DNA of 64,000 bases from Bryobacterales bacterium (GCA_963719445.1 OY970385.1:5249760-5313759), one strand, 5' to 3'; shown: positions 29,313 to 39,122, numbered from the stretch's first letter. The notes: generated from the sequence alone by a model not told the origin. Translations and numbers: made by a program.

Positions 29313-32300
29313 TTGCCAATGAGCGAACTCCCATACCAGGCTGTAGACACGCTCCAGCCCCATCGCTTGGCCGTTAAGTGCCTCCTTTTGTTAATCGTGC
29401 CGCTGTTTCTCTGCCTTTCGGCCGCGGCTCAGAACACCGCGCAGCAGACGGTTGCCATCATCTACGACGGCCCCACCGACTACCAGGCGAAAGGGTACAT
29501 TCACGCGCTGTTTGTCGAGAATCTCTTGGGCCACTTCGGGCTGACCGGCGAGATTATTCCCTCGGGCAACTATCAGCCCGGCCTGTTGCAGCATTACCAC
29601 GCCGGGTTCTACATCGGCGTGACGCCGGGCGCGACCGCCCCGGAGGCTCTCGTCGCCGATGTGCGGGCCTATCAGCAGCCGTTCGCCTGGCTCGGGCAGC
29701 ACGTCGAAAGCCTGGTCAACACGCCCGAAGGCCGGCGCCAGTTCGGTTTCACCTGGCAGGAGTACAACCGCTACTTCGGCATCACCGGCGTGATGTATAA
29801 GGACACGCTTCTGCCCAAGCACGAGCCGGACCTCAGCGTGGTCACCGTGACGGACAAGAGGAACGTGCAGGTGGTTGCCACGGCGGTGACCAAGGCCGGT
29901 GCGTCCTACCCCTACGTCCTGCACCACGGCCGCTTCTGGTACTTCGCCGACAGCCCCTTCGCCTACCCCGACGAGGGCGGCCACTACCTGGCGTTTTGCG
30001 ACTTGCTGCACGACATTTTCGAGGTCCAGCACGCCACCGACCAGCGGGCGCTGGTGCGCATCGAAGACGTGAGCATTGACGACGATCCAGTCGACCTGCG
30101 CCACGTCTCCGATCTGCTGCAGGGCTATCACATTCCCTTCCAGATCGCGATGATCCCGATCTTCAAGAATCCCTCAAAAGAGTTCGAGGTGCGGCTCTCG
30201 GACCGGCGTTCGTTCGTAGATTCCCTGCACTACATGATTGCCCATGGCGGCACGATCGTGATGCATGGCATCACGCACCAGTACCGCGGGCAGAGCGGCG
30301 ACGACTACGAATTCTGGGACGACACGGGCGACCGCCCCATCGCAGGCGATTCCACCGATTTCGTCATGCGGCGCCTGCAGCTCGGTCTTTCGGAATGCTT
30401 CAACGCCGGAATCTTCCCGGTGGCTTTCGAGACGCCGCACTATGCCGCTTCGGAGACCGACTACCGCGCCTTGATGCGCGTCTTCACGCTTTTCTACGAC
30501 CGCACCATCTCGACCCCCAGCCTCAACTCGCAACAGTATTTTCCCTATCCCGTAATCGATCACTGGGGTCGGCAGGTGCTCCCGGAGGACCTGGGCTACG
30601 TGCCCATCGAGAACCCTCAATCCCGGGAGGTGCTGCAGGCGGCCCGCAATCTGAAGGTGGTGCGCGACGGCGTGGCATCCTTCTACTTCCACCCCTTCCT
30701 GAACGCCAACCTGCTGGACCAGATCATCAAGGGTGTGCGGGATCTGGGCTACCGCTTCGTTTCCATCCGCGATTTCCCGAGCGTAGTGGATTTCCAGGGG
30801 CGCTACGTCGTGCGTACGGCTTCCGGAGAGGCCAGCATCGCGCCGCAAAACGAATTCTGGCGTGTGCGCCTGTTCGACGAAAGTGGCAAGCTGGTCGACA
30901 CGCGCCTGTCCGATCAGCGCGTCACCGGGCGGCAGGAAGTCGCCGTGAACGTTCCCCCACACGGCTGGGCCGCGGTGGACCTGCTCAAGGAACGGCCGGT
31001 TGCGCACGCGGAGCCTACCGTGGCGGGGCGGTTCCGGCAATGGTGGCTTCAGCTCACTTCGAACGACAAACAGGAACGCGCGGCGACCCAGACTTTCGCC
31101 ACCGGGAGGAAGGCGTGGATTCTGTGGCTCGACAAGGCGCCGGCCGCAGTCTCGCGGAACCAGCAGAGCTACCGCAGCGTTCTGGACACGTTCGGCTATG
31201 AGATCAAGCTCGTCCAGCCGGGGGACTTCACGCGCGTCCCGGCCGACCGGGGGACGATCCTCATCGTGCCCGAAGCCGCCGGCCTGAAGCTGACCACGGC
31301 CCAGCAGCAGCAGGTCCTGCAATACCTCAACTCGGGCGGACCCGTGGTGGCGGAGGGCAAGCAGCCCTGGCTCACCCAGCTCGGCTTCGTCTGGCAGGGC
31401 CGGCAGCTCACGCTTTCCACGGTCACCGACGACGCCTATCCCGAGATGGCCATCCGCTGGCGGCCCGACGTGCGCATCGAGCGGTTCGAAGAGCCGGATG
31501 GCGTCCGCGAGCTGATGACCGACACCGAGAGCGACCAGATGCTGGCCTTCTCCGGCGAGCACGGCGCCGGCCACTACGTCTACCTGGCCGCGCCCCTGGA
31601 CGACCACACCACCGACGGAACCAGCCACTATCCCTATTTCCCGCGCTACATCACCGAGACCTTCGGCGTGAATACCGCCCTGCGCAGCCCGCGCATCGAG
31701 GCCTACTTCGACCCCAGCTTCCGCACCTCCGCGGACTGGGACCGGCTGGCCATCCAGTGGCGCAAGTCGGGGATACGCACGGTCTATGCCGGGGCCTGGA
31801 TTTTTACCAGTCAGTGGTCGTTCCGCTATGGCGACTTCATCAAGGCCTGCCACCGCAACGGAGTCGCGGTGTACGCCTGGTTCTGGTTCCCGCAGGTGAC
31901 GTGGAAGTTCTGGGACGAGCATCCGGACTGGCGCGAGAAGACCGCCAGCGGCGATGACGGCCTGGTGGTGTGGCGCAGGCTGATGAACCTCCAGAATCCG
32001 GACTGCTATCGCGCCGCCATGGACTGGATGAAGGGGCTGCTCAATCAGTACGAGTGGGACGGCGTCAACATCTCCGAGCTGAACTACGATTACGACTTCA
32101 AGGACCCGTTCGATCCCAAGCACTTCGTCCCCATGAACGCCAACGTCCGCGCGGACTTCCACAAGCGCGCCGGCTTCGACCCCATCCAACTGTTTCAGCC
32201 CACCTCGGAGCGTTACTACAAGTACGACCACGCCTCGTTCGACAAGTTCATGCGCTACCGCGAGAACCTGGTGATGGACATGCACCGCAAGGTCCTCACG

Positions 32301-33305
32301 GAACTCGGACCGTTGCGCCGCGCTAAGAACTTCGAAGTGATCGTGAGCACCATCGACAGCCTGCACAGCAAGACCGTCCGGCCGGGCACCGGCCTGGATT
32401 CGCGCCGCCTGGTCGCCCTGATGAAGGACTTCGATTTCACCTTGCAGGTGCAGGATCCCTCCGAATACTGGATGAAGCCGCCGGACCGTTACCGCCGCTT
32501 CGCCGAGACCTACCTGAAGCTGGTGAAGGATCCCTCCCGCTTCATGTTCGACGTGAACGTGGTGCCGACCCGCAACATCAACGCCACCACGCTGCCGACG
32601 TTCACGGCCACCGGAACCGAACTGGTGCGGACCGTGGAAGCCGCGGCTGCGACCTTTCCTCGCGTGGCCATCTACTCCGAGAACACCGTCCCCGTTCAGG
32701 ACTGGACGCTGCTGCGCATCGCCCTGACGCGCGGCTCGACGCTCACGGGCGGCGGCGGCGACTGGAAAATCGGCGGTCCCGCCCCGGTGCTTCTGACGCC
32801 CGCCGAAGACCGCGACTACTACATGGATGGACGGCTGTGGCCCGCGGTCTCGGCCGACGGCGTGCTGGCGCCTCCCGGCCGCCACCGGCTCTCGACCAGC
32901 AGGCCCTGGTACCACTTCCTCGATCCCGGCACCATGCCCGCGCGCCTGATGAGCATCTCAGGCGACCTGCTGGACGCGCGTGTGATGCCCACCGGACTGA
33001 TCTTCCGCTACGCCAGCCCCGGCCGCGCCGTGGCCGTCTTCAACGAGCGGCCGCGCGAGATCCTGATCGATGGCAAGGAGGTCCACGTGCCGATGGAGAC
33101 CAGCGGCTTCACCTGGTCCGCCATGCTTCCGGGCGGCGAACACTGGGTGGCTGCGGTCACCAACACCAAGGCCGGCGTGGCGGTGAATCTGTGGGGTTGG
33201 GCGTCTGCCTCCGCCATCAACGCATTGGGGGGACTTGCCACGGGGCTCATGCTTCTGATCTACTTTGAAGTTCGCGTGCGGCGGATTGTCCGGCGGCGCG
33301 CCTGA
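29313..33305 (+). CDS. Large membrane-anchored exopolysaccharide-modifying protein: DUF2334/polysaccharide-deacetylase-like N-terminal domain plus glycoside-hydrolase-like TIM-barrel domain
   Basis: N-terminal signal/TM segment (LLLLIVPLFLCLSAAAQ). RIEDVSIDDDP...IAMIPIF...MHGITHQY...FETPHYAAS...FHPF is the DUF2334 pattern. Residues about 800-1040 (YAGAWIFT...NGVAVYAWFWFPQV...HPDWREK...WRRLMNLQNPDCYRAAMDWMKGLLNQYEWDGVNISELNYD) look like a GHL-type TIM barrel. C-terminal TM helix (LGGLATGLMLLIYF). Confidence 0.8.
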   Translation: MPMSELPYQAVDTLQPHRLAVKCLLLLIVPLFLCLSAAAQNTAQQTVAIIYDGPTDYQAKGYIHALFVENLLGHFGLTGEIIPSGNYQPGLLQHYHAGFYIGVTPGATAPEALVADVRAYQQPFAWLGQHVESLVNTPEGRRQFGFTWQEYNRYFGITGVMYKDTLLPKHEPDLSVVTVTDKRNVQVVATAVTKAGASYPYVLHHGRFWYFADSPFAYPDEGGHYLAFCDLLHDIFEVQHATDQRALVRIEDVSIDDDPVDLRHVSDLLQGYHIPFQIAMIPIFKNPSKEFEVRLSDRRSFVDSLHYMIAHGGTIVMHGITHQYRGQSGDDYEFWDDTGDRPIAGDSTDFVMRRLQLGLSECFNAGIFPVAFETPHYAASETDYRALMRVFTLFYDRTISTPSLNSQQYFPYPVIDHWGRQVLPEDLGYVPIENPQSREVLQAARNLKVVRDGVASFYFHPFLNANLLDQIIKGVRDLGYRFVSIRDFPSVVDFQGRYVVRTASGEASIAPQNEFWRVRLFDESGKLVDTRLSDQRVTGRQEVAVNVPPHGWAAVDLLKERPVAHAEPTVAGRFRQWWLQLTSNDKQERAATQTFATGRKAWILWLDKAPAAVSRNQQSYRSVLDTFGYEIKLVQPGDFTRVPADRGTILIVPEAAGLKLTTAQQQQVLQYLNSGGPVVAEGKQPWLTQLGFVWQGRQLTLSTVTDDAYPEMAIRWRPDVRIERFEEPDGVRELMTDTESDQMLAFSGEHGAGHYVYLAAPLDDHTTDGTSHYPYFPRYITETFGVNTALRSPRIEAYFDPSFRTSADWDRLAIQWRKSGIRTVYAGAWIFTSQWSFRYGDFIKACHRNGVAVYAWFWFPQVTWKFWDEHPDWREKTASGDDGLVVWRRLMNLQNPDCYRAAMDWMKGLLNQYEWDGVNISELNYDYDFKDPFDPKHFVPMNANVRADFHKRAGFDPIQLFQPTSERYYKYDHASFDKFMRYRENLVMDMHRKVLTELGPLRRAKNFEVIVSTIDSLHSKTVRPGTGLDSRRLVALMKDFDFTLQVQDPSEYWMKPPDRYRRFAETYLKLVKDPSRFMFDVNVVPTRNINATTLPTFTATGTELVRTVEAAAATFPRVAIYSENTVPVQDWTLLRIALTRGSTLTGGGGDWKIGGPAPVLLTPAEDRDYYMDGRLWPAVSADGVLAPPGRHRLSTSRPWYHFLDPGTMPARLMSISGDLLDARVMPTGLIFRYASPGRAVAVFNERPREILIDGKEVHVPMETSGFTWSAMLPGGEHWVAAVTNTKAGVAVNLWGWASASAINALGGLATGLMLLIYFEVRVRRIVRRRA

Positions 33306-33309
33306 TTCC

Positions 33310-34584
33310 ATGGTTTCAAACGTCTTCATAGACGGCCTCTTTGTCGCGGCGGTCACCTTCATCTGGTTCATGCTAGGCTACCAGTGCCTGCTCTTCTTCC
33401 TGGGCCACCGGTATTACCGGCTGAACCGGCTGGCGCGGAGCAAGGGCCCTATCGTCGCCGACGAGGATTTGCCCGCGGTTTCGATCCTGGTGCCCTGCCA
33501 CAACGAGGAGAAGGTCATCGCGCACACTGTCCGCGCGCTCCAGGCGCTCGAATACCCCGCGGGCAAGGTCGAAATCCTCATCATCAACGATGGCAGCACG
33601 GACAAGACCGCGGAAGTGGTAGAGGGCCTGGCGGCCGATCCCCGCGTGCGGCTGCTCAACGTCCCCGCCCCGCTCGCCGCGAAGGGCAAGTCCGGCGCTC
33701 TGAACTACGCGCTGGGGCAGGCGAAGAACCCGGTCCTGGCCATCTACGACGCCGACAACCTTCCCGAACCGGGCGCCCTCCGTCCCCTCGTCGAGAGGCT
33801 GGTGGTCGATCCTACGCTCGGCGCCGCCATCGGCATGTACCGCGCCTGGAACCGCAAGCGGGCGTTCCTGACGCGCTTCCTGAACATCGAAGGCATCGGC
33901 TTCCAGTGGATTTTGCAGGCGGGCCGCTGGATGCTGATGAGGCTCACCACGCTGCCGGGCACCAACTACGTCATCCGCAAGGCGCTGGTCGAGCAGCTCA
34001 ATGGCTGGGACGCCTCAGCGCTGACCGAAGACGCCGAGATGAGCATCCGCATCTACCAGGCCGGTTACTTCATCCAGTTCGTTCCCGATTCGGTCACCTG
34101 GGAGCAGGAGCCCGAAGGCCTGAAGGTGTGGTTCCGCCAGCGCCGCCGATGGGTGCGCGGTTCCAATTACCTCTTCCAGAAGTACGCCGGGAGCCTGCTG
34201 AAGACCAGGCCGCGGCGCATCGGCTGGGAGCTGCTCTACTCCCTGACGCTCTATTACGTCTTCTTCCTGGCCGTGGTGATCTCGGATGTTCTGTTCGTCC
34301 TCAGCGCGTCCAGTCTGATCCGCATCGCCGTGCCCGGACCATACGCCATGGTCTGGGTATTCGCCTACGCCACGTTTGTCGGCCAGCTCGTCATTGCGCT
34401 CTCCTGCGCCGAGGGCGAGGACACGCTGGTCAACATTCTTCTCACGTTCCTGATGTATTTCACCTACTGCCAGCTCTGGATTCCGTTGGTGGCCGTGGCC
34501 TTCTACGATGACTTCATCGCCCACCGGGAAAAGAAATGGGCCAAGACAGAGCGTTATGAGGTCACCTCGGGCTCGGGCTCCTAG
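33310..34584 (+). CDS. Family-2 processive glycosyltransferase (PgaC/IcaA/NodC/cellulose-synthase-like)
   Basis: Start taken at ATG 33310, 4 nt after the upstream stop. VSILVPCHNEE, INDGSTD, YDADN, TEDAEMS and the Q(R/Q)xRW motif (FRQRRRWVRG), flanked by N- and C-terminal TM helices. Confidence 0.85.
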   Translation: MVSNVFIDGLFVAAVTFIWFMLGYQCLLFFLGHRYYRLNRLARSKGPIVADEDLPAVSILVPCHNEEKVIAHTVRALQALEYPAGKVEILIINDGSTDKTAEVVEGLAADPRVRLLNVPAPLAAKGKSGALNYALGQAKNPVLAIYDADNLPEPGALRPLVERLVVDPTLGAAIGMYRAWNRKRAFLTRFLNIEGIGFQWILQAGRWMLMRLTTLPGTNYVIRKALVEQLNGWDASALTEDAEMSIRIYQAGYFIQFVPDSVTWEQEPEGLKVWFRQRRRWVRGSNYLFQKYAGSLLKTRPRRIGWELLYSLTLYYVFFLAVVISDVLFVLSASSLIRIAVPGPYAMVWVFAYATFVGQLVIALSCAEGEDTLVNILLTFLMYFTYCQLWIPLVAVAFYDDFIAHREKKWAKTERYEVTSGSGS

Positions 34585-34585
34585 G

Positions 34586-35365
34586 ATGCTCCTGGCGTAC
34601 GGGCTGGCCGGCGCCGCTTTTTACGGCGCGCTGCACTGGCTCGCCGGGCGGACGGTGTACCAGGGCTCGTCAAGCGTGCCGGATGCGGCCCAGGCCAGCG
34701 CGCTCGGGGCCGAGGACGTCTGGCTGCGCGCCGCGGATGGCGTAAAGATTCACGGCTGGTGGGTCCGAAGCGAGGGTTCGCGCCTCGCCACGCTGTTCCT
34801 GCATGGCAACGCCGGCAACATCGGCCACCGCGGGCCCCACATCCGCGAGATCGCGGCCGCCGGCTCGGACGTGCTCATCATCGACTACCGCGGCTACGGC
34901 CGCAGCCAGGGCCGGCCCACCGAACAGGGTCTCTTGCTGGACGCGGACGCGGCTTACGAATACCTGGCCGCCCGGGGCAAGCCTATCGTGCTGCATGGGG
35001 AATCGCTCGGCTCGGCCGTGGCGGTGGAACTGGCCACGCGCCGGCGCGCCGCCGGCCTGGTTCTTGAAACGCCCTTCACCTCGCTCCGCGCCGAGGCGGG
35101 CCGCGTGCTCCCGGTGCTCGGCCCGCTGGTGGTGTGGGGATTCGACTCGAAATCCCGGATCGCACGCCTGCATGTGCCGCTGCTGGTCATTCACGGCGAC
35201 CGCGACATCACGGTGCCCTACCGCCTCGGCCGCGAGCTGTACGATGCGGCGCCCGGCCCGAAGTCGTTCTGGACGGTTACCGGCGCGGACCACAACGACA
35301 TCATCGACGTCGCGGGCCCGGAATTTCGAGAGCGGCTGCGGCAGTTCTATGGGTCATTGGACTGA
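34586..35365 (+). CDS. Membrane-anchored alpha/beta hydrolase
   Basis: ATG 1 nt after the GT2 stop. LFLHGNAGN...IIDYRGYGRSQG...LHGESLGSAVA (GxSxG nucleophile elbow)...VIHGDRD...GADHND. Confidence 0.8.
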   Translation: MLLAYGLAGAAFYGALHWLAGRTVYQGSSSVPDAAQASALGAEDVWLRAADGVKIHGWWVRSEGSRLATLFLHGNAGNIGHRGPHIREIAAAGSDVLIIDYRGYGRSQGRPTEQGLLLDADAAYEYLAARGKPIVLHGESLGSAVAVELATRRRAAGLVLETPFTSLRAEAGRVLPVLGPLVVWGFDSKSRIARLHVPLLVIHGDRDITVPYRLGRELYDAAPGPKSFWTVTGADHNDIIDVAGPEFRERLRQFYGSLD

Positions 35366-35417
35366 GCCGGTGCGCGTGCCTGTCCGATCCCCTGGCCGTG
35401 AGGAAGCGCGATCGACC

Positions 35418-35942
35418 CTACTTCTGCCCTTCCACAATGTCCGCCTCCGGCCCATCCAGCTCCACAATGTGAACCCGCAGGCCCTGGCGCTCCTGCAGCG
35501 CCTTCTCCGGAACCTCGAAGCGCACCGCCAGCATGCGGTCCATCGATTCGCGGGCTTTGATCTTCGTACGCAGAATCAGGCTCGGGTTGAACTTCTGGCC
35601 GAGCGCCGGGAAGTACTGGAACAGGTTGGTGGCATCCGTCTCCGAGATCACCGACCCGTCGTTCGATTTTCCGCTGGAGTCGGTCATCGTCACCTCCACG
35701 GTGCGCACGACGAACGGGTAGTCGGAGGGATTGCGGGCGCGGAAGTCGATGATGACCGCCGCGCTCGTCTCGTCGAGCGGCAGCGTGCGGACCTTCAGGA
35801 TCGAGCCGAGCAGTTCGACGTGCGCGCCGCGCTGGTTGTAGAAGATTCCCACCACGGCCAGCGCGACAACCACGAGACCGATCCCGAGGAAGGGCGCCAG
35901 CTTGATATAAGGTTCGAGTTTTTCTTTCAGGTATGGGCTCAT
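35418..35942 (-). CDS. Single-pass membrane protein, tentatively LEA-2/WHy-like
   Basis: N-terminal TM helix (LAPFLGIGLVVVALAVVGIF) followed by a beta-rich domain (VIIDFRARNPSDYPFVVRTVEVTMT). Its start codon abuts the upstream stop. The function call is tentative. Confidence 0.6.
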   Translation of the reverse strand: MSPYLKEKLEPYIKLAPFLGIGLVVVALAVVGIFYNQRGAHVELLGSILKVRTLPLDETSAAVIIDFRARNPSDYPFVVRTVEVTMTDSSGKSNDGSVISETDATNLFQYFPALGQKFNPSLILRTKIKARESMDRMLAVRFEVPEKALQERQGLRVHIVELDGPEADIVEGQK

Positions 35943-37106
35943 TCAATCACCGAGGAACTTGCCGACCGGCGCGAGGCCGCTCACGTTGTCGCAGACCGCC
36001 TTGATGCCGGCCGTCAGGGGAATCGCCAGCACCAGTCCCGGCGCGCCCCAGATCACGCTCCAGAACATCAGCGCAATGGTCACCACCAGCGGATTAAGGT
36101 GTACCCGCGGCCCCACAATTTTCGGGTACAGCAGGTTCAGGGCAATCAGGTGGAACAACGCGACAATCGAAAGTATGATGGCGAACGAAGCCAGGTTCTT
36201 ATAGATCGCCAGCGCCGCCACAAACGGCGGGATCATGGCTAGCGGCAGCCCGATATAAGGCACCACGCTCAGGAATCCGCTAAAGGGGCCCACCAGGAAC
36301 ACGTAGGGCAGATGGAACGCCCAGAAGACCGCGGTGGTGGCGGCCGAAAGCAGCAGCCCGAGCACGAAGTTCCCCACCACGAAGGCGCGCACCATGGTGG
36401 CGATGCCGTCCACGGACTTGGCGGCCATCAGCCGCGCCTGTCCCTGGAAGATCTGCAGGAAGCTGCGGTAGATGTGCTCCCGCCAGCTCAGCATAAAGTA
36501 GACCAGAAAGGGGATGAACGAGGCCATCAACAGAACCTCGTAGACCGGTCCCAGGTGCGTGTAGAGGAAGTCCAGCAGCGGCGGCCGTTCGGGCCGGATG
36601 CGGACCTCCTGCACGTCTCCTGGCGCGGCTGCGGATGCGGGAGCCGGCGGCTCGGGAATCCCGCGCCTCCGTGGCTTCTTCTGTTGCTGTTGCTGCTGCT
36701 GTTGCTGGTCGCGGAAACGCTTGGGCACCACCAGGTTCACGATGGATTGCTCCAGCGATTCGGCGCGGTCGATGACCTGATCGGCCACGTCGCCGATCCG
36801 CTGGCCGTACTTCGGCAGATCGTTCGCCAGGCCGGACATCTGCGTGTAGACTCCCAGGCCCAGCAGGTAGACCACGCACACCCCGATGACGCAGACCAGG
36901 AAGCTCGCCAGACTCCTGGGCAAGCGCAGCCGCATGAGCAGGCCGACGAACGGCTCCAGGATGAAGGCGGTGATCACCGCAATTGCCAGTGTCACCAGAA
37001 AGGCGCGCCCGTAGTAGAGGAGTGCGATCGCGCCTGCCAGCGCGATGACCGATGAGCCGAACCTGCTGGGGCTCAAGGTCCGTATGAGACGCGGAGCGAC
37101 AGCCAC
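35943..37106 (-). CDS. AI-2E family (PerM/UPF0118) transporter with poly-Gln insert
   Basis: C-terminal signature FLSVVPYIGLPLAMIPPFVAAL...LNLLYPKIVGPRVHLNPLVVTIALMFWSVIWGAPGLVLAIPLTAGIK. The track ORF runs to 37232 but would overlap ruvX head-on. GTG at 37106 is my preferred start (uncertain). Confidence 0.8.
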   Translation of the reverse strand: MAVAPRLIRTLSPSRFGSSVIALAGAIALLYYGRAFLVTLAIAVITAFILEPFVGLLMRLRLPRSLASFLVCVIGVCVVYLLGLGVYTQMSGLANDLPKYGQRIGDVADQVIDRAESLEQSIVNLVVPKRFRDQQQQQQQQQKKPRRRGIPEPPAPASAAAPGDVQEVRIRPERPPLLDFLYTHLGPVYEVLLMASFIPFLVYFMLSWREHIYRSFLQIFQGQARLMAAKSVDGIATMVRAFVVGNFVLGLLLSAATTAVFWAFHLPYVFLVGPFSGFLSVVPYIGLPLAMIPPFVAALAIYKNLASFAIILSIVALFHLIALNLLYPKIVGPRVHLNPLVVTIALMFWSVIWGAPGLVLAIPLTAGIKAVCDNVSGLAPVGKFLGD

Positions 37107-37184
37107 GAAGAACAGACCCCTGCACTTGCGGGCACTACCCGCACGCAAAATGCCAAACGCTACTGTAGCACGACGCGCCTTATA

Positions 37185-37667
37185 ATGAAATCGGCGGCGT
37201 GCCATTCCGTCGCCGCAAACATTTTGGAACATTCTCGAACCGCAAGGATCCTGGCCCTGGACGTGGGCAAACGCCGGATCGGAGTCGCGGTCAGCGACGA
37301 ATTAGGCCTCACGGCGCAGGGTCTCGATACCATCCAACGAACGAACACTCGGGAAGATTATGCTGTCATTTCGCGCCTGGCTTCCGAGAAAGGGGCCGCG
37401 ATGATCCTGATCGGAAACCCGGTCAACATGAGCGGCCAGGAGGGCCGGCAGGCGGAGTGGGTCCGCCATTTCGCCCAGGGGCTGGAGGCCCGCAGCGGCC
37501 TGCCCACCCGGCTTTGGGACGAGCGCCTGACCTCGGTCGAGGCCGGGCGCGTGCTGCGCCGGAGCGGCATCAGCATCGAGAAGCGCGCCCGCGCCGTCGA
37601 TCGGCTGTCGGCCGTGATTTTGCTCCAGAGTTATCTCGATTCTTTAGGAATGGCGGAGCCGGTATGA
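37185..37667 (+). CDS. ruvX: Holliday-junction-resolvase-like pre-16S rRNA nuclease YqgF/RuvX
   Basis: RILALDVGKRRIGVAVSDELGLTAQGL...ILIGNPVNMSGQEG...LWDERLTSVEA...AVDRLSAVILLQSYL. The real start may be TTG 37224. Confidence 0.85.
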   Translation: MKSAACHSVAANILEHSRTARILALDVGKRRIGVAVSDELGLTAQGLDTIQRTNTREDYAVISRLASEKGAAMILIGNPVNMSGQEGRQAEWVRHFAQGLEARSGLPTRLWDERLTSVEAGRVLRRSGISIEKRARAVDRLSAVILLQSYLDSLGMAEPV

Positions 37668-38701
37668 GAGTTTCCGCGGGCCGTTACTTCCTGCTGGCGG
37701 CGATCGCGACGGCGCTGGCCGCGCTGGCCCTGGTTGCCGTTTGGATTCTGACTCCCAGCGTGGGTCCGCGCCAGCAGGCCTTCGTCGTCATCCCCAGAGG
37801 CGCCAACGCGCGCCAGATCTCGAGATTGCTCGCTGACAGCGGCGTCATCGAGAACCGCCTGCAGTTTCTGCTGGTGCGGGCTCTGCGCCCGAAGGCCAGG
37901 CTAAAGGCCGGCGATTACATGTTCAAGGACCGCCAGAGTATGTGGAAGATCTTCGACCGCATCGTACGCGGCGACGTCTTCTACTACGTGCTGGTGGTGC
38001 CCGAGGGCAACAGCACCTTCGACATCGCGCAGACGCTCGAGCGCCAGAAGATCATGACGGCCGCTGGTTTCCTCAACGCCGCCCGCGATCCGGCGCCCAT
38101 CCGCGATCTCGACCCGAAGGCGCCGTCGCTCGAGGGATACCTGTTCCCCGACACCTATCACGTAACGCGGCACACCACGCCGGCGCAGCTTTGCCGGGTG
38201 ATGACGGACCGCTTTCGCAAGGCCTGGAACTCGCTGGGGCCGCCGGCGGCCAGCGTGCACGAGACCGTGACGCTTGCCTCGCTGGTCGAGCGCGAGGCGA
38301 AGCTCGCCGACGAGCGGCCGCTCATCGCTTCGGTGTTCTCCAACCGCCTGCGCATCGGCATGGCGCTACAATGTGACCCGACCGCGGTCTACGCCGCCGA
38401 GGTCGAAGACCGCTACCGCGGCGTCATTCACCGCTCGGACCTCGATAGCAAACAGCTTTACAACACCTACCAGCACGCGGGGCTGCCGCCCGGCCCCATC
38501 GCCAACCCGGGGTTAGCTTCGCTCAAGGCCGTCCTCCAGCCGGCCGTGACGGACTACCTCTATTTCGTGGTGCGCCCGGATGGCTCCGGCGCTCACCAGT
38601 TCTCGAAAGAGCTGGCGGACCACACCCGCGCTGTCGAACAATATAGGCGTGGCGTCCGGTATCAGGAAAGGCAAGCGGGAGGCGTTGCGCGCCTACGTTG
38701 A
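37664..38701 (+). CDS. mltG: Endolytic murein transglycosylase MltG (YceG family)
   Basis: ATG overlaps the ruvX stop (ATGA). TM anchor, then LKAGDY...VPEGNSTFDIAQTL...LEGYLFPDTY...LASLVEREAKLADERPLIASVFSNRLRIGMALQCDPT...YNTYQHAGLPPGPIANPG. Confidence 0.9.
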   Translation: MRVSAGRYFLLAAIATALAALALVAVWILTPSVGPRQQAFVVIPRGANARQISRLLADSGVIENRLQFLLVRALRPKARLKAGDYMFKDRQSMWKIFDRIVRGDVFYYVLVVPEGNSTFDIAQTLERQKIMTAAGFLNAARDPAPIRDLDPKAPSLEGYLFPDTYHVTRHTTPAQLCRVMTDRFRKAWNSLGPPAASVHETVTLASLVEREAKLADERPLIASVFSNRLRIGMALQCDPTAVYAAEVEDRYRGVIHRSDLDSKQLYNTYQHAGLPPGPIANPGLASLKAVLQPAVTDYLYFVVRPDGSGAHQFSKELADHTRAVEQYRRGVRYQERQAGGVARLR

Positions 38702-39113
38702 AGCGCGCCGCCTGGAACGCGTCACCGAGGCCGATTTCGACGAGATGCTGCGCGCGCTCGCTCAGGTGAGCGAAGGCTATCTGCGCCGGCTGCTGCGCGA
38801 GACCGGCATTCCGCTAGCCCCCCTCGTCGGCGGCATCCGCCAGGATTCTTTCGACAACCTCGAACGCACCCTCATCGAGATGGGGCGCGAGTACGCCGCG
38901 GCCACCGCCCGGGGCGACGCCCCCCGCGCCCGCGCCTGCCGCCGCGCCGCGATCACCGCCAAGGACCACGCCCGCTTCTCGCTCCGCAGTCCCAAGCTCA
39001 CCGCGGACGAGCGCGCCGCCAAAGAGGAGACGGTCCTCTGGCTGCTCACGTGGCTCGAGAACCCCGGCGTCTTTTCCACCTGGCTCGAGCTGCGGAAGAA
39101 GGCGCCGAGGTAA
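38685..39113 (+). CDS. Hypothetical protein
   Basis: Open frame with coding-like composition. No motif recognised. Candidate starts are TTG 38685 or ATG 38745. The longer track ORF overlaps the mltG 3' end. Confidence 0.4.
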   Translation: MRAYVEARRLERVTEADFDEMLRALAQVSEGYLRRLLRETGIPLAPLVGGIRQDSFDNLERTLIEMGREYAAATARGDAPRARACRRAAITAKDHARFSLRSPKLTADERAAKEETVLWLLTWLENPGVFSTWLELRKKAPR

Positions 39114-39122
39114 CCTGGGCTT

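Noticed and set aside
30174-32915. 913-aa minus-strand ORF
   Set aside because: Antisense shadow of the 1330-aa EPS-modifying gene. Composition is dominated by Gly/Arg/Ala/Val and no domain is recognisable.
34803-36242. 479-aa plus-strand ORF spanning three real genes
   Set aside because: It is out of frame with the alpha/beta hydrolase and antisense to the two minus-strand membrane-protein genes. Its Arg/Ala-rich sequence has no motif.
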